Of a DNA stretch of 64,000 nt, positions 50,399-64,000 are shown one piece after another (the first letter of the stretch is position 1; the number at the start of each line of letters is the position of its first letter). Below the pieces are notes generated by a model. It was not told where the DNA came from. It was given only the letters and a program-made list of their open reading frames with translations, and searched no databases. Both the position numbers and the translations under genes were made by a program. This DNA comes from the human T2T-CHM13v2.0 reference genome, Homo sapiens, in NCBI RefSeq assembly GCF_009914755.1, contig NC_060925.1; one strand, written 5' to 3'.

Positions 50399-51339
50399 AA
50401 AAGATCAGTATAGAACTACAACCTTTCTAATCATTTGAACTAATGGAACATTTTAATTTTAATTTTAAATATGTGTATCAAAATAATAGGAGTTTTCTTC
50501 TAAGTCTACATAAAGATGGGCAAAGCTGGCATCATAAATTAGTGAAACATTGGTTGTCTCCATTATGTTGAATTTGTTATGATAAATATTTAAATGAGCC
50601 TAATTACATTAAAATTTTTAATAGTACAAAATGTTATTTGATGTGAATATCCCATTATTTATTTATCTTTTCTCCTATTGATGGGGATTTGGATTATTTC
50701 TAGAGTTTTGCTATTACAAACATGCTGCTATTAACATTCTTGTACTTATCTCTGGTAGGCATTGCAAGAGTCTCTGTGGGATATATAAATGAGAGTGAAA
50801 TTTATCAGTTGTAAAGAATGTGTAGACTCAACTGTATAAGATAATGCTGACGGTTTTCCAAATTATCAGTAACAATTTAACTGTAATAAGAATATGGATG
50901 AATTTTAGAAATATGACATTGAGTTAAAAAAAAAAAAAGCTAAAAACTAAGTCCCAAAATGTTACATACAACTTCTTGCCTCTTTTATAAAGTTAAAAAT
51001 AACTAACACTAAATTACATTATTTTTAGGAAGGATAGCATTATTTTTCATATAATAACATACCAGAAGTAACGTATTTCCCATATTTAAAAAAAGAGATA
51101 AATCAATACAAGATTTAGAATAGGGAAACTCAAGTAGGAAAGACAAGGAACTAGAAAGGAAAAAAACCATATTCATCAATGTTCATTTCCAGGTTGAGTG
51201 GTGGGCATATGGCTGTTTATTTATATTAAAAATAAATAATTAACTTAAAAGTCATGCCTGGACCAACGAGGAGAGTATGGCATGAATTGAGGATCTGAGT
51301 TTCAAAGTAATAAATAAAATCCAAATCTAAATTAAGATG

Positions 51340-51536
51340 ACACATTTTAAAATAACTTAAAGAGTGTAATTGAATTGTTTGTAACTTAAAGTGTAAATGC
51401 TTGAAGGGATAGATACCCCATTCCCCATAATGTGCTATTTCAGACCACATGCCTGTATCAAGACGTCTCATGTACCCCATAAATATATACACCTACTATG
51501 TACCCACAAAAACTAAAAAAAAAAAAAAAAAAAAAA
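51340..51536 (+). mobile_element. L1MA1/2-like 3' end
   Basis: catgtaccccataaatatatacacctactatgtacccaca plus poly-A. Confidence 0.85.
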
Positions 51537-51849
51537 GCAAATTTGAAAAGATGATAAACATGCCTCTCCTCAGTATCAATCCAAAACACTGAAGTGAGAA
51601 AAGGTCAGACCTTAGCTTTAAATTAACAAGGAATCAAATTCTGGCTCTGCCACTATCTTTGTTAGTGTAGCTTCTCATATGTGAGCTGGAGATACTAACA
51701 TGATAAAAGAGGCATTTCAAAGCAGGGGTAAGAATGGAGTATGCAGTAACCAGAATTAGGACATGTAGCTAGCCAATGACAAAGGGAGAGAGAGAGGGAA
51801 GAAGAAAGGGTGAAGGGCTGGAAAGAGGATGGATCATTATATTGCTTCT

Positions 51850-52950
51850 TATGCCACGAAAAAGTTTTAATTCCAGATGAATCAAAGTTTTTCAAAATAA
51901 ACCTATAAAAACACTAGAATAAGGCCCAGGCAAATTTATTTACAATCTTGGAATTGGAAGGGCTTTTGTAAACAGGACATAAAACCTAGATGCAATTTTA
52001 AAAGAATGATAAATTGTCTACACAGAAATATAACATTTTGTACATAAAAATGCATAAAGTCAAAAGACAAAATACTTAGAAAACTATGTGCAATGTGGAT
52101 GCAAAAAGCCAATTTCTTAATTTTAAAAGACCTAATATAAATCCATTTTTAAAATATGGTGCAATAGAAAATAGTCAAAGGCTGTGAACAGGAAGCTTTT
52201 AGGAAAACTAATAAAAAGGTCCTGTAAACATGAAAATATGCTCAACTTCTAAAATTTAAAGAAACATAAAAAAATGAAATATCATTTTGCCAAAATAACC
52301 AATATTGGCGATAGTGTGTGGAAAAAGAAACTAAAATTTTGTTTTCAACTTCTATTATTGATGGAAAAGTGTACATTTACATAATATTTTTTGATAGCAA
52401 GTCAGCTATGTCTATCAAATTTCTAAATACCAATATACTTTAACCCAGTCATTTCATGTTAGAAAGTTTTCTATGGAGATGTATAGTCAAAAATATCTGC
52501 CAAGACACAGATATTAATACATTCTTATAACTACTTATAATTATAAAAACAAGAAACAATCTAAATGTCCACCAATAGGAACCAGGTAATATACTCTGGT
52601 ACGCTCATACTACGGAATGCCACACAGTCAAATACAGTAATGAGCTTGGTCTGTATGTGCTTTTGAGGAAACAGCTCCCATATGTATTTATGTTTTAAAA
52701 GCTACATAGGCAGTGGTGTGGATCATATGACTCTATTTGTGTTAATTAAAGTTATACATATATAATAAAAAGTATATACATATATGCACATATCCATTGT
52801 ATTTCTAAACATACAGGTATATGCATAAAACCTTTTTTCTGGATATATATACAAAGGGAAGAGAGATGATGGAGTGAAGATACGTTATTTTTTATTTTAT
52901 ACCTTTTTATGGGATTAATATATTACTTGTATAAATATATTACATATATA
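51850..52950 (+). mobile_element. Old L1ME-like 3' remnant
   Basis: Degenerate ORF2 3'/UTR motifs (aaacaatctaaatgtccaccaatagg). Confidence 0.6.
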
Positions 52951-55600
52951 AATATATACTTCATACCTATATATATTAAGGTGAAATGAGATTATAGTAT
53001 ATGAGGTGATAGGCATAAAGTAGAAATACCCCATAAAATGTTAATGCTATTCTCCCTAACACTGACAGCTAATAATTCTCTGGATCTACCAAACCCTTTT
53101 TTAATTTAATCTCATGACTTTGGTTCTTTTGGATGTAAAGAGTAACTCAGGGTCTTAAAGTATAAAATTTCTAGATAGAAATAAAGATAATTATATGATC
53201 TTCCTAACTTTTATTCTTTACTAAATAGATCTGATTGATTTACATTTTATACTTTAAAACATTTAAAATTTTTCCTCCTAAGTCCTAAATACTGGTATTG
53301 TTGTGATTTTTGTTTCTAACTGGCTTCCCTTTACCACCAGATTGTCTTGGCACAAAAAAGAAAACTCAGGAGAAATTTTTTATTACAAAAAAAATAGACA
53401 TTTTCATTCAGAAGGGTTCATATTTTCCTTATTTTTCTACTTTAGATCTGTTCATTCCTTAAAAGACAAATAGGGTTTGAGGCATGAGGAGAAATAGCTT
53501 ATATCATAAAAGAATTAAGAATTAAAAAAATAAACAAAAATCATCTTACTTAAAGAAACACTGCATTTAGATTCAAATGGCCCAGGCCCACCTGGGCTTT
53601 CAGCAGGACTCACTGCTTGGACCAGGCTCCTCCTATTATTAGAACTGTCAGTGCCAGAATTCGGGCCAAATTCCAAGAAAGAATCCTACCTCCAAGTGCT
53701 GTTATCATTTTTTAATTGCATATGTCTGCAGTGCCTTACTGTCTGCCACTTAGTATTCCTGCATGTTGCTAAACAGCTGCCATGTTGTTTCCCTAGAGAT
53801 ATGTTCCTGTATATCCTTACCTATTTCACAGAGCTGTTGTAAAGCTTAATTAATTAATGTTTCCTGAATGCCTTGAGGTTTTCAGACAAAAAGTGTTAGG
53901 TAGAAAGTGTAGAGAGTCTCATTAAATCTCCAGTTTTCTCCTGGAGATTGAAGTCTCCCACCTGGTCTTGATTTCTAACAGACAGGGCATGTGCCAGTCC
54001 CCTGTGCCTTGTCCTGAGGTCACAGTGAAATTTTGGTCTGGCCATCGCATCAACCCAGCCTTCTGAGAGGTGAAAGATTACTCAAAATCTCACATAGGGC
54101 TATAGGCCAAGACCACTCCAACCAGTCTGGGTATGATTAAGATGGAATGAATTTTCTCATAGTAGACCACAAAATAACCCTGTAAGATTCTAGAATAAAC
54201 CTAAAGTTGTTTGATTTTTGTTTTTATGTTTTTTGGTTTTAGCAAAGGATTTTTTTTTAAGTGAAGATTTTCCGATGAGCAAAAAAGAGGCATTTCAAAG
54301 AATAAGAAACCAAAGGGCAAAAAAACATATAAAAAGGTACCCAACATTACTAATAAACAATAAAATTCAAATTAAAATCATATTAAAATTCTATTTTCCA
54401 CCTGTTCTATTGGCCAAACCTTACCATTCTGAGTGTTGACAAGGATGTAGAGCCAAGAGAAATCCTGTAAACTGTTGTTGGGAATACAATTGATACAAGC
54501 AATGTTATGAAGTTGAACATGTGACCACTCTGAGGCACATGTAAGGAAATTCTTGCACATGTGCATAGGGAAAACTTTAAAATGTTGATAGCAGCTTCAT
54601 TTGTTATTGCAAAAAGTAAAAAAAAAGTAAATGCTCATCAATAGTAGAATTTAAAAGTTACGGTATAATCAAATAAGAGAATAATAGCAGAGAAAATAAA
54701 TGAACTGGAGGTATTGAATAAACATGAAAATATTTCACAAACACAATATTGAACAAAAAACGAAAGTTTCTCTGGAGTACCTAAAGATGATGCCACTTTT
54801 GTGATAAGAACATGCCAAACAGTACCATATTGTTTAGGTAGACAAAACGTAAAAGACAAACACATTCTAAGTAGTGCTGCTAGAGCACTGTATTAGTCCT
54901 TCCCGTGCTGCTATGAAGAAATACCCGAGACTGGGTAATTTGTAAAGGAATTTATGGTATTTAGGTAGGTAAGAATATGTGTAGGAATGACAAACTCCCA
55001 ATTCAGGAAACGGGTACTGGTGGGCATTTAGGATTAAGAATACACAAAAGGCTTCAAACGAGTGGTAGCTGGACAGGGGTTAATTATATTATTCTTTATA
55101 CATTTTTATCTTTATACCTTTTATATACCTGAATTATTTCTTAATAAAAACTACTCACATCAATCAGCAAAAGTATCAAACGATATTGATGGCAGGGGAG
55201 TTTACACCTCTGTGAGGTTGGAGGTATATAGGAACTCTCTGCACTTTACATTTAATTTTTCTGTGAACCCAAAACTGCTCTAAAAATAAAATTTTATTAA
55301 TCAACTAAAGGAAAAACTATTTGTCATTAGCCTTTATATGTTCTGTATAGCCCATGGATTTCATAATAATTTAATATTAAAGAAACGACGGTAGGAGAAT
55401 CAGCCTAAAAGGCACAATATGGAGAGTTGAAAGAAAGGGACTTGAGAAAGAAAACTAAGTTGTAAGTTCAGCACATCAAGGCCACACCTCCGTGATGTCT
55501 GTATGTATGGTGGGAGTCTGTATGCACGTATGTGGGCATGGCATGTGTGGAAGCTTGCTTTAATATGCCTGCCACATTCTAAGTAGTGCTGCTAGAGCAC

Positions 55601-55952
55601 TGTATTAGTCTGCTCTCACGCTGCTATGAAGAAATTCTCGCAACCGGGTAATTTATAAAAGAAAGAGGATTCATTGACTTACAGTTCCGCATGGCTGGAG
55701 AGGCCTTAAGAAACTTACAATCATGGCGGAAGGCACGTCTTCACGGGGCAGCAGCGGAGAGAATGAGTGCTGAGCAAACGGGGAAGCCCCTTATAAAACC
55801 ATCAGATCACGTGAGAACTCACTATCACGAGAACAGCATGAGGGAAACCGCCCCCATGATTCAATTATCTCCACCTGGTCTCGCCCTTGACATGCGGGAA
55901 TTTTTACAATTTAAGATGAGATTTTGGGTGGGGACACAGCCAAACCATGTCA
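55601..55952 (-). mobile_element. THE1C/D solo LTR
   Basis: tgtattagtc...gccaaaccatgtca; degenerate TSD agcac/agtat. Confidence 0.92.
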
Positions 55953-57825
55953 AGTATGCTTTTATGAAATCTATTATTGTACAGCTGATGTTACAGCTAC
56001 TTTAGAGTAATTTTCCCCCAGCTCTGGAGCAGTGATTTGCAAAAATTTTTTAGGAGTCCATATAAAATGTCATATAGAATTCAAATATATAAATTGATAA
56101 AACTACATTTTCTCTGGCTACAGATATGGTGGGAGTCTGTTTGCCTATTATTCTTGCCACCTCACCCCAAGCACCTGTGCAGAATCCTAGTACTTAATAA
56201 TTGGAATATAATTGCTCTAAGATAGCACGTTCTCATGTATGTTTTGCAGAGACACCAGTCCTGAGAAATGTTCTATATTAGCGGGATTCCATGATCATAC
56301 ACATTTGAGCTGTGCTACTTGTTCACGGTGCATTCTAAAGGCTCTGAGAAGCCCTGCAACAAAGACACTGATTTCCTCTGTTGAAACTAGTATTTCTCAA
56401 GCATAAGTAACCACAGAACATTCTTTCACACGAAATATCTATTAATGTCCCTAAGCACTCTTTTAGAAATGTATGCTTTAGCCCATAAAACAAATGTCTC
56501 CTATTAAGATCATTGGTATTTGGTTCATTTCAATATAATAAACTTACAGTTACTAATGAGTCTTAATACTGCCTAAAGCCTTATCTTTCTCAAATGCATT
56601 TCTCTAGTACCCTCTCTAGCACTTTTCCTATTAAAGATATACACATTGTAAGTTGGCCATCTACTGTTTTCAACAAATAGATACTGAGTGCTTGTCGTAT
56701 AGAAGGAATTTTAAATGCAAAGAAACACAAGACCCACACTTCATGTACTTCAATGCCAAGGAGTTCGAAAAGGCTTGTGTTGGATTTTTAAAAAGGCAGG
56801 CATTATTGAAAAAATAATGCAGATTCTTCAAGTGTACATTGAACTTAAATAAGTTTGATGTTTCTGCAATGTATCAAGTCCCAAAAACTTTTCAAGTTTA
56901 TCTTGGATGGCATGCTTAATGGTATGAACATCTGTGACTATAAGTGCTTAAGATAAGCAGATACTTAATAAATATTTATTGAATTAATAAATGAACAAAC
57001 ACACAAACTGTATAGAATAAACACATTTAGAGGCCAGGACAAGACTGAGCCAGACACAGAGAGTAGAAGCAGGGGAAAAGTCTAACGAAGTGGGGAAGAT
57101 TGGCAATATTCACGAAACATTTTAATGAATCACAGGCCAAGTTTCCATCTAAGCTATATATTTTAATTACCCCTCTCTTTAAAAGAAAAAAAAAGGCTTA
57201 TTTATTTAAAAAAAAAAAAAAACTACAATTCCCTTGAAATCGCCCAAGTTTACTATATCCAAATAGGGACTTGAGTGATTTGCAAATGTTTTAGTCTCCT
57301 TTATTTGCAAGAACTTATTGCCAAAATTATAGGACATTGGTTTCAGAATTTGTTTCTATAAAAAACTGAAATGTAAAAATAAGATTATTATACAATTTGC
57401 CTCTGGAATATGGGAATTTCCCCTCATTTTTGAAAGAAGAAAAATAATTCAAGAAGGTCCTTAACACCATCTCCCCAACTGACCAAAAAACATGCATTTC
57501 TCCAGATGTGGGAATTAATGGTCCTCATTTGACTGTATACCCTCGCAAGTTACATGAATAAATGTCATATGAGCAGGATGGTCATTTAACACTAATATAT
57601 AACATTAATGACCTCAATTGTCCAACTTAAATTGGCCAATTAAAGAAGATAATACTGCAGACCTAAAAAAATCTTTTTGTGCTTTCCTACTTTGACATCT
57701 TTATCTGAGCCTTTTTGACATACTATGCACTAACCTCTTCATCCATAACATATAGGCATTTATATATTTTATGCTCCTAGATTCTTCAGCCACTCATTCA
57801 TTCAATCAATCAAAAAAGTATACAA

Positions 57826-58119
57826 GGCTGGGCACGGTGGTGCATGCCTGTAATCCCAGTGCTTTCAGAAGCTGAGGCAGAAGAATCAATTGAGGCTAGG
57901 AGTTCGAGACCAGCCTGGATAGATCTCGTCTCTACAAAAAATTTAAAATTATCCAGGCATGGTGGTACGTGCCTATAGTCCTAGCTACTCGGGAGGCTGA
58001 AGCGGGAGATTCACTTGACCCAGGAGTTCCAGGCTGCAATGAGCTATGATCACACCACTGTACTCCAGCCTGGGCAACAAAGTGAGACCTTGTCTCTAAA
58101 AAAATAAGTAAATAAATAA
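57826..58119 (+). mobile_element. AluJ inserted in an antisense L2
   Basis: AluJ diagnostics (gaggctaggagttcgag, aggctgcaatgagctatgatc). Confidence 0.92.
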
Positions 58120-59557
58120 GTGTACGCATAATGAAGAAAACTAAAAGAAATATAAAATTAGTTATTTGCCCTTAGAGAGCTTACAGTCTCATTGCAGATA
58201 CAAGAGATGTTAACATGTAAAGTTTAATAACAAAACAACTCTGTAACCCATGTGATGTAACAAGAAAATAAATAGTAAGTGTCAAACTTCTAGGATAGAA
58301 AAATGCATGGTATGAGCATTCATTTGCCTTCAAATTTAGAAAAGGATGAAGATGCTGGGAGATAAAATAGTCATGAAAATTTTATAGTGAAGAAAACTTG
58401 ACCTAGTCTGAAGGAAAAGAAAGATTTGGGGAAATTAAACAGAGGTGGTAGAACATTCCCAAGATGGAAATCTTGTGAATAAAGTTTCATAAACTGTCTG
58501 AAAATGATTCATACAATTTTGTGGTCACTATGCCACTTTACTGGATTGTATGCAAACATCCAAAATGAGGTGGCTAAACAAAAAAATTTACTAGTAGAAG
58601 TCCAAGCAAGAAAGAATGCCAAAAGTGTCAGAAATGGCTCAGCATCTGAGCATAGCTTCCTTTTTGAATTTCATCCTTATCCCTAAGTCCCTAAATATCT
58701 AATATTTGTTAATATGTGTTAATGACTTTTTGAAAGAAATGGGTGAGAAAACTGGGAAAGCTGAACCAATTGACAGTGTCCAAAGTTGCATTACATTCCA
58801 AAGCATTCATATTATAGAAGTGTCTTCATCCTTCAGCCCCTAGCTAAAAAGTTTTTTTTTTTTACCCTAGGCTTGGAGCATTGGCAAAATTATTTGCCAA
58901 AGATAGCGGGATTGGGATATTGGAAGGGATTAGCTCCAAAGCAGATAATTCTTTAGATGAATGTGTAGAAAACTGTAAGAGAATTTCTATTTCTATAATA
59001 AAAATACAAGAAATGACATCCTAGACAGACTTGTTGAGTTAGATTTCACTGGGTACCATTTGCTTATAATTTTTAATCACTATTTTCCAAAGTATCTTTC
59101 TGAAATAAGCAAAGTAGTCTGCCAAGTTCCTAGCTCAAGTTAGGAGAGCAGAATATAGGTTAAAAAAATAAATTAAGTTGTGTTTATTTTGTAGTATCTA
59201 ATTATATTGTATTAGCACAAGTTAGGAATACAGGAAAAGTGCTTACCTTAGAGATGATAAGACAATATATGAAGCAATTATAAAGTAATACCTTGTATTT
59301 ATTTCACATAGTTATATCATGTACTTGGTGTGGTTCGGACTAGAAAACAGTCAGACAGCAGGGGTAATAACGAGAGTGTGAGAACAGGTGAAAGAAGAGC
59401 TTTCTAAGTTCTGTTGTTATAGAAGCAAAGACAGAGAAAAAAATTATATGTCATATGTTTATGATAGCAAGAAGACCAGCCCACGTGGAAGAGACAGGAA
59501 GTGCTAGGAAATGGGAAAGAGAAAAAAGAACTGGCAAAGTAAAGCAGTAGAGTGGAA

Positions 59558-59914
59558 CAGGGCTTGGAAACCATGGCCTGTAGCCTATTTCTTATAAATA
59601 AAATTTTATTGGCCAGGCCTGGTGGTTCACAATTATAATCCCAGCATTTTGAGAGGCCAAGACAGGAAGACTGCTTTAGCCTAGGAGTTCAAGACCAGCC
59701 CTGGCAACGTAGCCAGACTCCGTCTCTACCTAAAAAAAAAAAAAAAAGTTTAATTGGAACAAAGCCACATTCATTTGTTTACAGATAGTCTATGGCTGCT
59801 TTCACACTACCATGGTAGAGTTGAGTAGTTGGAATAGAGATAGAGAGCCTATGGACCACAAAACCTGAAATATTTATTATCTGGCCCTTTCTAGGAAAAG
59901 TTTGCCAATCATTG
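59558..59914 (-). mobile_element. MER58A-like MITE interrupted by a FLAM/AluJ monomer (59611-59747, + strand)
   Basis: tatggctgctttcacactacc...gagttgagtagttg...aagtttgccaa; monomer starts ggccaggcctggtgg and has an A-tail. Confidence 0.8.
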
Positions 59915-60309
59915 TAGAAGAACACTCAAATATTTGGGAAGAAGGGAGGGAACAAATGTGGAGCTCTGAAATTGTAACACATAAGTTATTTTTCTTTATA
60001 CTGCCCCAGCCATACAAATTTTCTTACACTTCCTCAGGCTTCTTAGGTCTTCTGACAAAGGACAGATTAAAGACCTTGGAAAATAGGCAGAAGGATTTCG
60101 AATTCATGCAGAAGATGGTGGAAATTCTAGGACAGAAAAATGATCAACTTGGAAGGTTGAGAATGAGAACAGATAAAGAAAACCCAAAGGAAAGGCACCA
60201 GGTAAAATATTGCATAAATCCAAGCAGTGGTCTTCATAAGGAATGGAGGTAAAATAACAATTCAGAGAAACATTTCAAATGATGACTCAAGTCCTGTTGA
60301 CAAATTGGC

Positions 60310-60690
60310 ATGGGAAAAGTAGTATAAGGTAAAGAACATCAAACTAGGAGTAATAGAATTGGGTTCTAGTTCCCACTGTGCCATTTACTAACTTGGTGTC
60401 TTTAGCAAAGACACCTTATGTATCTCTGTTCACTCACTTATAACCCTAGGAAGTTGGTAGAAATATTAATATTTACCATTTTTGAGTATCTACTTGGTTG
60501 GCAAGTACTAAACAAAGGCATCTCACACATTTATCCCTAAACCTTACAAAAAGCTCTAAGACATGCATTGCCTAGCCCATTTCACAGATGAGGAAACTGA
60601 GTCTCAGAAAGGTTAGTAAATTGCCTGATATGAAACAGCTAGTCAAGTGACGAAATGAGTTCTGAATTCAGTATTGGTCTCTACGTGCAC
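60310..60690. mobile_element. Two MIR fragments in opposite orientation
   Basis: gggttctagttcccactgtgcc (+) and cccatttcacagatgaggaaactgagtctcagaaaggtt (-). Confidence 0.75.
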
Positions 60691-62616
60691 ATGGATCATA
60701 TGTGTAAATGCTCATTATTACATAAAGGATAGTCACTGCTTCATTCTAGGAAATCCTGTATCATCTTTCTATAAAGAATTTAGGTAGTTAAGACTTGCCA
60801 TCCCTCCACCCCTCTAAAACAGAGTTTATTAGTGCTCACTAAATACCCATGTGCTCCTTTGCTTTCCCAAATGCCCTTGTAGTTTACGTGCCTATGTGCT
60901 AGCCAGGAAGATGTGGTTAGAAGTAATGTAAGCCAGTTCCATACTTGGCCCCTGAAAACAAAATAATAAACAACATGGATAATGCTTCACAGTTCCCAGT
61001 CAACAGGCTTTCATATATAAATTATTTCATTTGGCTCTCACAACAAAGAACTAGAATTATTAGGATCAGAGACATGGTTACAGATAGAGAATCTTAATCT
61101 CAACAAGATTAGATACTTTGAATATTCTGTAGGTAAGAGGATGCCTCTTAAGGATAATGTGTCTTTCATTTCTGCTTCCCAATATCTAACCAGTGCCTGG
61201 AACATATACTTGATGTGGATAGAAGCCATCCAGAGCCCATTCGTCAAGTGAAGTAAAAACTTTTGTATACAAACAGGGTTCAAACTGGACACAAATAGGC
61301 AGTTCTTGTAAATAATAAAAGTGAGAAATAAAAGGTTAGCAATTATATTACTTTTTCATAGTTAAAACATATTTTATGAGTTGTCCTCCTCTTAATCGTT
61401 CTTCAGTTTATAACCAATGTCAACTTTAATAGTTTTACATAGCAGGGCATAGCTTCTTTCTCTTCTGATCCCAACCCATTCTCTTTTTTCCATTCAGTGA
61501 CAACTTCAAGTAGATGGTGAACCAGTCTTAGACTCTCACACTCTCCTTGGCAAGTCTGAGATAGCACCTTGTAGGGTCCCCTTATCCTGGGGGTGGTTTC
61601 TTTCTGGGGCCACGTGGACATTTAGGAGTGTTAAGGGAACTTAATTGGATTCAAACCTGGATTGCATCTTTTTAGTAGTAAGCTGCTCAGTCCTTGTTTT
61701 TTTCCACTTCCACTGAAATTTAGTGAGAAAATGGCTTCAACTGAATCAGCCTCGATATGATAACAAAAACGAAAATGAATGGTGAAGAAAAAAAATCAAA
61801 AGGTTTGCTCTTTGAGATATAATTTAGTGTCTGGCAGGAATAATTCAAGAAAATTGTGTCCACTTCCTGATCACATAGCTAAACAAACAATGAGGGGGGA
61901 AGTCCTGCTGAGAGACATTTTCACATTAAAAGGTGCTAAAAATGGGCTAGATCTCCTCACAGCCCTGTTGGAAGCCTCCGTTCAATTTTTAGTCATTTCC
62001 TCCCTGTCCCCAGACTCGGTGAGACAGAGGAAAAAGGAGAGGCTGTACTTCCACGCTCATCCACCCAGCAATTCGAGGAAAGATTGGAAAGGGAAGTAAA
62101 TCTTGTCCCTCCCAGACATTTTCAGATGATTGCAGAGAGGGAAGTTGAGATAGAGAAGGGAACAATAAAAAAGATTAGAAGCCTTCTTAGGACTCTCCTT
62201 AGGCAAAGACCTAAAATAAGTTAAAAATCACACGAAGCAATTCTGCTTCCGAAGAGCTATGTGGATTAGGCCTTTGCTGATGCTCGGATACTAGAAAAAA
62301 AATTGAAATTAAGCATGCATAAAGATACAGCATTAGATATATCCTCTCCTACAAAGCTATCAGTACCGTCTTTTTAGTCTCATAAATAGACATTCACTAA
62401 ACATGGGAATATCGGAGTCCACAGTCAAGAGCCTTCTATTAGTACTTACGGAGTCAGAACTTCCCATGGAAGTATCATGGCCTCTGCATCAATAATTTTC
62501 ATGCAAGAAGTGATTTAACAAACAGTTTGATTGCCTCCCATGAACCAGGCATTATACTAGATGCTGAATACGTGAAAATGAAGGAGATATCACCTTTTAG
62601 ATTTCACAGTGTGCAG

Positions 62617-62849
62617 CAGGGTTCCTCAACTACAACATTATTGACATTGAACTGAATAATTATTTGTTGCGGGCTGCCTTGTGCATTGTAGGATGTTTAG
62701 CGGCATCCCTGGCCTGTACCCACTAGATGCCAGTAGCATCCCACCCCAGTTGTGCTTTTCAAATGTTGTGACAATCAAAAACATCCCCATGCATTGCCAA
62801 ATGACCCCTGGGAGAAGGGGCAAAATCTCACAGCCAGTTAAGAACCATG
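62617..62849 (-). mobile_element. MER20 DNA transposon
   Basis: gcattgtaggatgtttagcggcatccctggcctgtacccactagatgccagtagc is the MER20 core; termini present. Confidence 0.9.
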
Positions 62850-63039
62850 GGTTTAAAAGGAGAGACAAGGTTTTGTTAGCCAATAATTACAGTGAGATGA
62901 AATGGGCTAGAGTTTGCATAAAGTACTATGAGAGCACTCAGAAGAGAGTAGCTAGAGTAAGAAGTCAGGAGATAAGTGCCCCTGCATGTATTAAGCACAC
63001 CCTGATGACCAAGTATATTTTTAAAATTCAGACAATAAC

Positions 63040-63270
63040 AATAATAGATAATAGATGACGCTTATCTATGTACCATGTACTGTTCTAAGCATTTTGCAGA
63101 CTTTAAATCATTTCATCCTCACAACAGCCCTATGCACTAGATTCTATGATTACCCTCATTGTAAAATAAAGAAACTGAGACATAGAGAGGTTAAGTAGTT
63201 TTCCCAGGGCACAGAGCCAGTAAATGGTAGAGCTGAGATTCAAAACTCAAGCAGTGTATCTCAGTAAAGC
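63040..63270 (-). mobile_element. MIR (near full length)
   Basis: catcctcacaacagccctatg...gaaactgagacatagagaggttaagt...ggtagagctgagattcaaa. Confidence 0.85.
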
Positions 63271-64000
63271 TCAATAAAGGGCATAAATGCTTTAGATAAA
63301 TATAGCACATTCTTAAGTGTTCACTTTTTTGAAGATTTAATATTTTACAAAAATAGAACAGGCATGTTTATACTAGTTGTTAGGATAAACTCAAAGCATT
63401 CAGGAAACTTCAAGTGTGCAATGTCACTGCAGGCCCCTAGGGGTCTATACGCACTTTCTCTATTTAGGACCTCTGATAGAAAGAAATCAGGAATGCTGTC
63501 CTAGAGCATGGTAAACATGGGGTGTCCCATTGTCATATTTTAGTTTAAAACCAACCCAGCCCAGAGGGACTGTGCCATCAAAAACAGGCTTAGTAAGTAA
63601 AAGCTATGTGGCAGTTTTTGTGGCCAGTTTATGGTGCTGACTTGATAAGAGTACCAGCCTACCCAACCCAGAGCTGGCTGCTTGGGAAGAGCATTCTGCA
63701 TTCTAAGAGGAACTCAGAGTCAGGTCTTGAACAAAGACTTTCCCTTCAGAGCCTTGCCTGACTTAAGAAGTTCATGACCCAGCCATGACTGTGATCAACT
63801 CTCACCTCAGGCCTTCAAACTTTCTCTTCCTTCTGCCTCAAAAGCTTTTACCCTCACACAGCCTTTTGACTTTCTTCTCTCTCTCACCTCCTCCGGGTCA
63901 CTGCACAAAGCCCATCTTCCCAATAAGGCTTTCCCTGACCACCTGACATAAAATTCTTCCCCTCCACTCAATCCTCATCCATAACACTTAGCTAACATGC

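Overview
AT-rich primate (human-like) genomic DNA dominated by retroelements and DNA transposons: L1PA4, L1PA6/7, L1PB, old L1M, Alu J/S/Y, THE1/MST/MLT1 and ERVL LTRs, MIR, L2, MER20 and MER58. No intact cellular protein-coding gene, RNA gene or CRISPR array is supported, and most ORF-track entries are repeat-derived or chance ORFs. The main signal is in the unique sequence from about 1.2 to 22.5 kb. It appears to hold a decayed, plus-strand, multi-exon gene: exon-like blocks have plausible splice sites, phase-compatible junctions, low stop-codon density, and translations that repeatedly resemble RGS (regulator of G-protein signalling) domain helices. It is a candidate unitary pseudogene of an RGS22/RGSL1-like multi-RGS protein, with its first visible exon split by an L1PA4 insertion. 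This call rests on manual translation and motif recognition and needs HMM/BLAST confirmation. The window also has several complex local rearrangements: a sense-antisense-sense L1, a 148-bp inverted repeat enclosing a templated 146-bp insert, a duplicated THE1 junction, and a micro-templated insertion in a THE1A. A strong CTCF motif lies at 27799-27813. Repeat subfamily names are assigned from recalled consensus features, not from a search.
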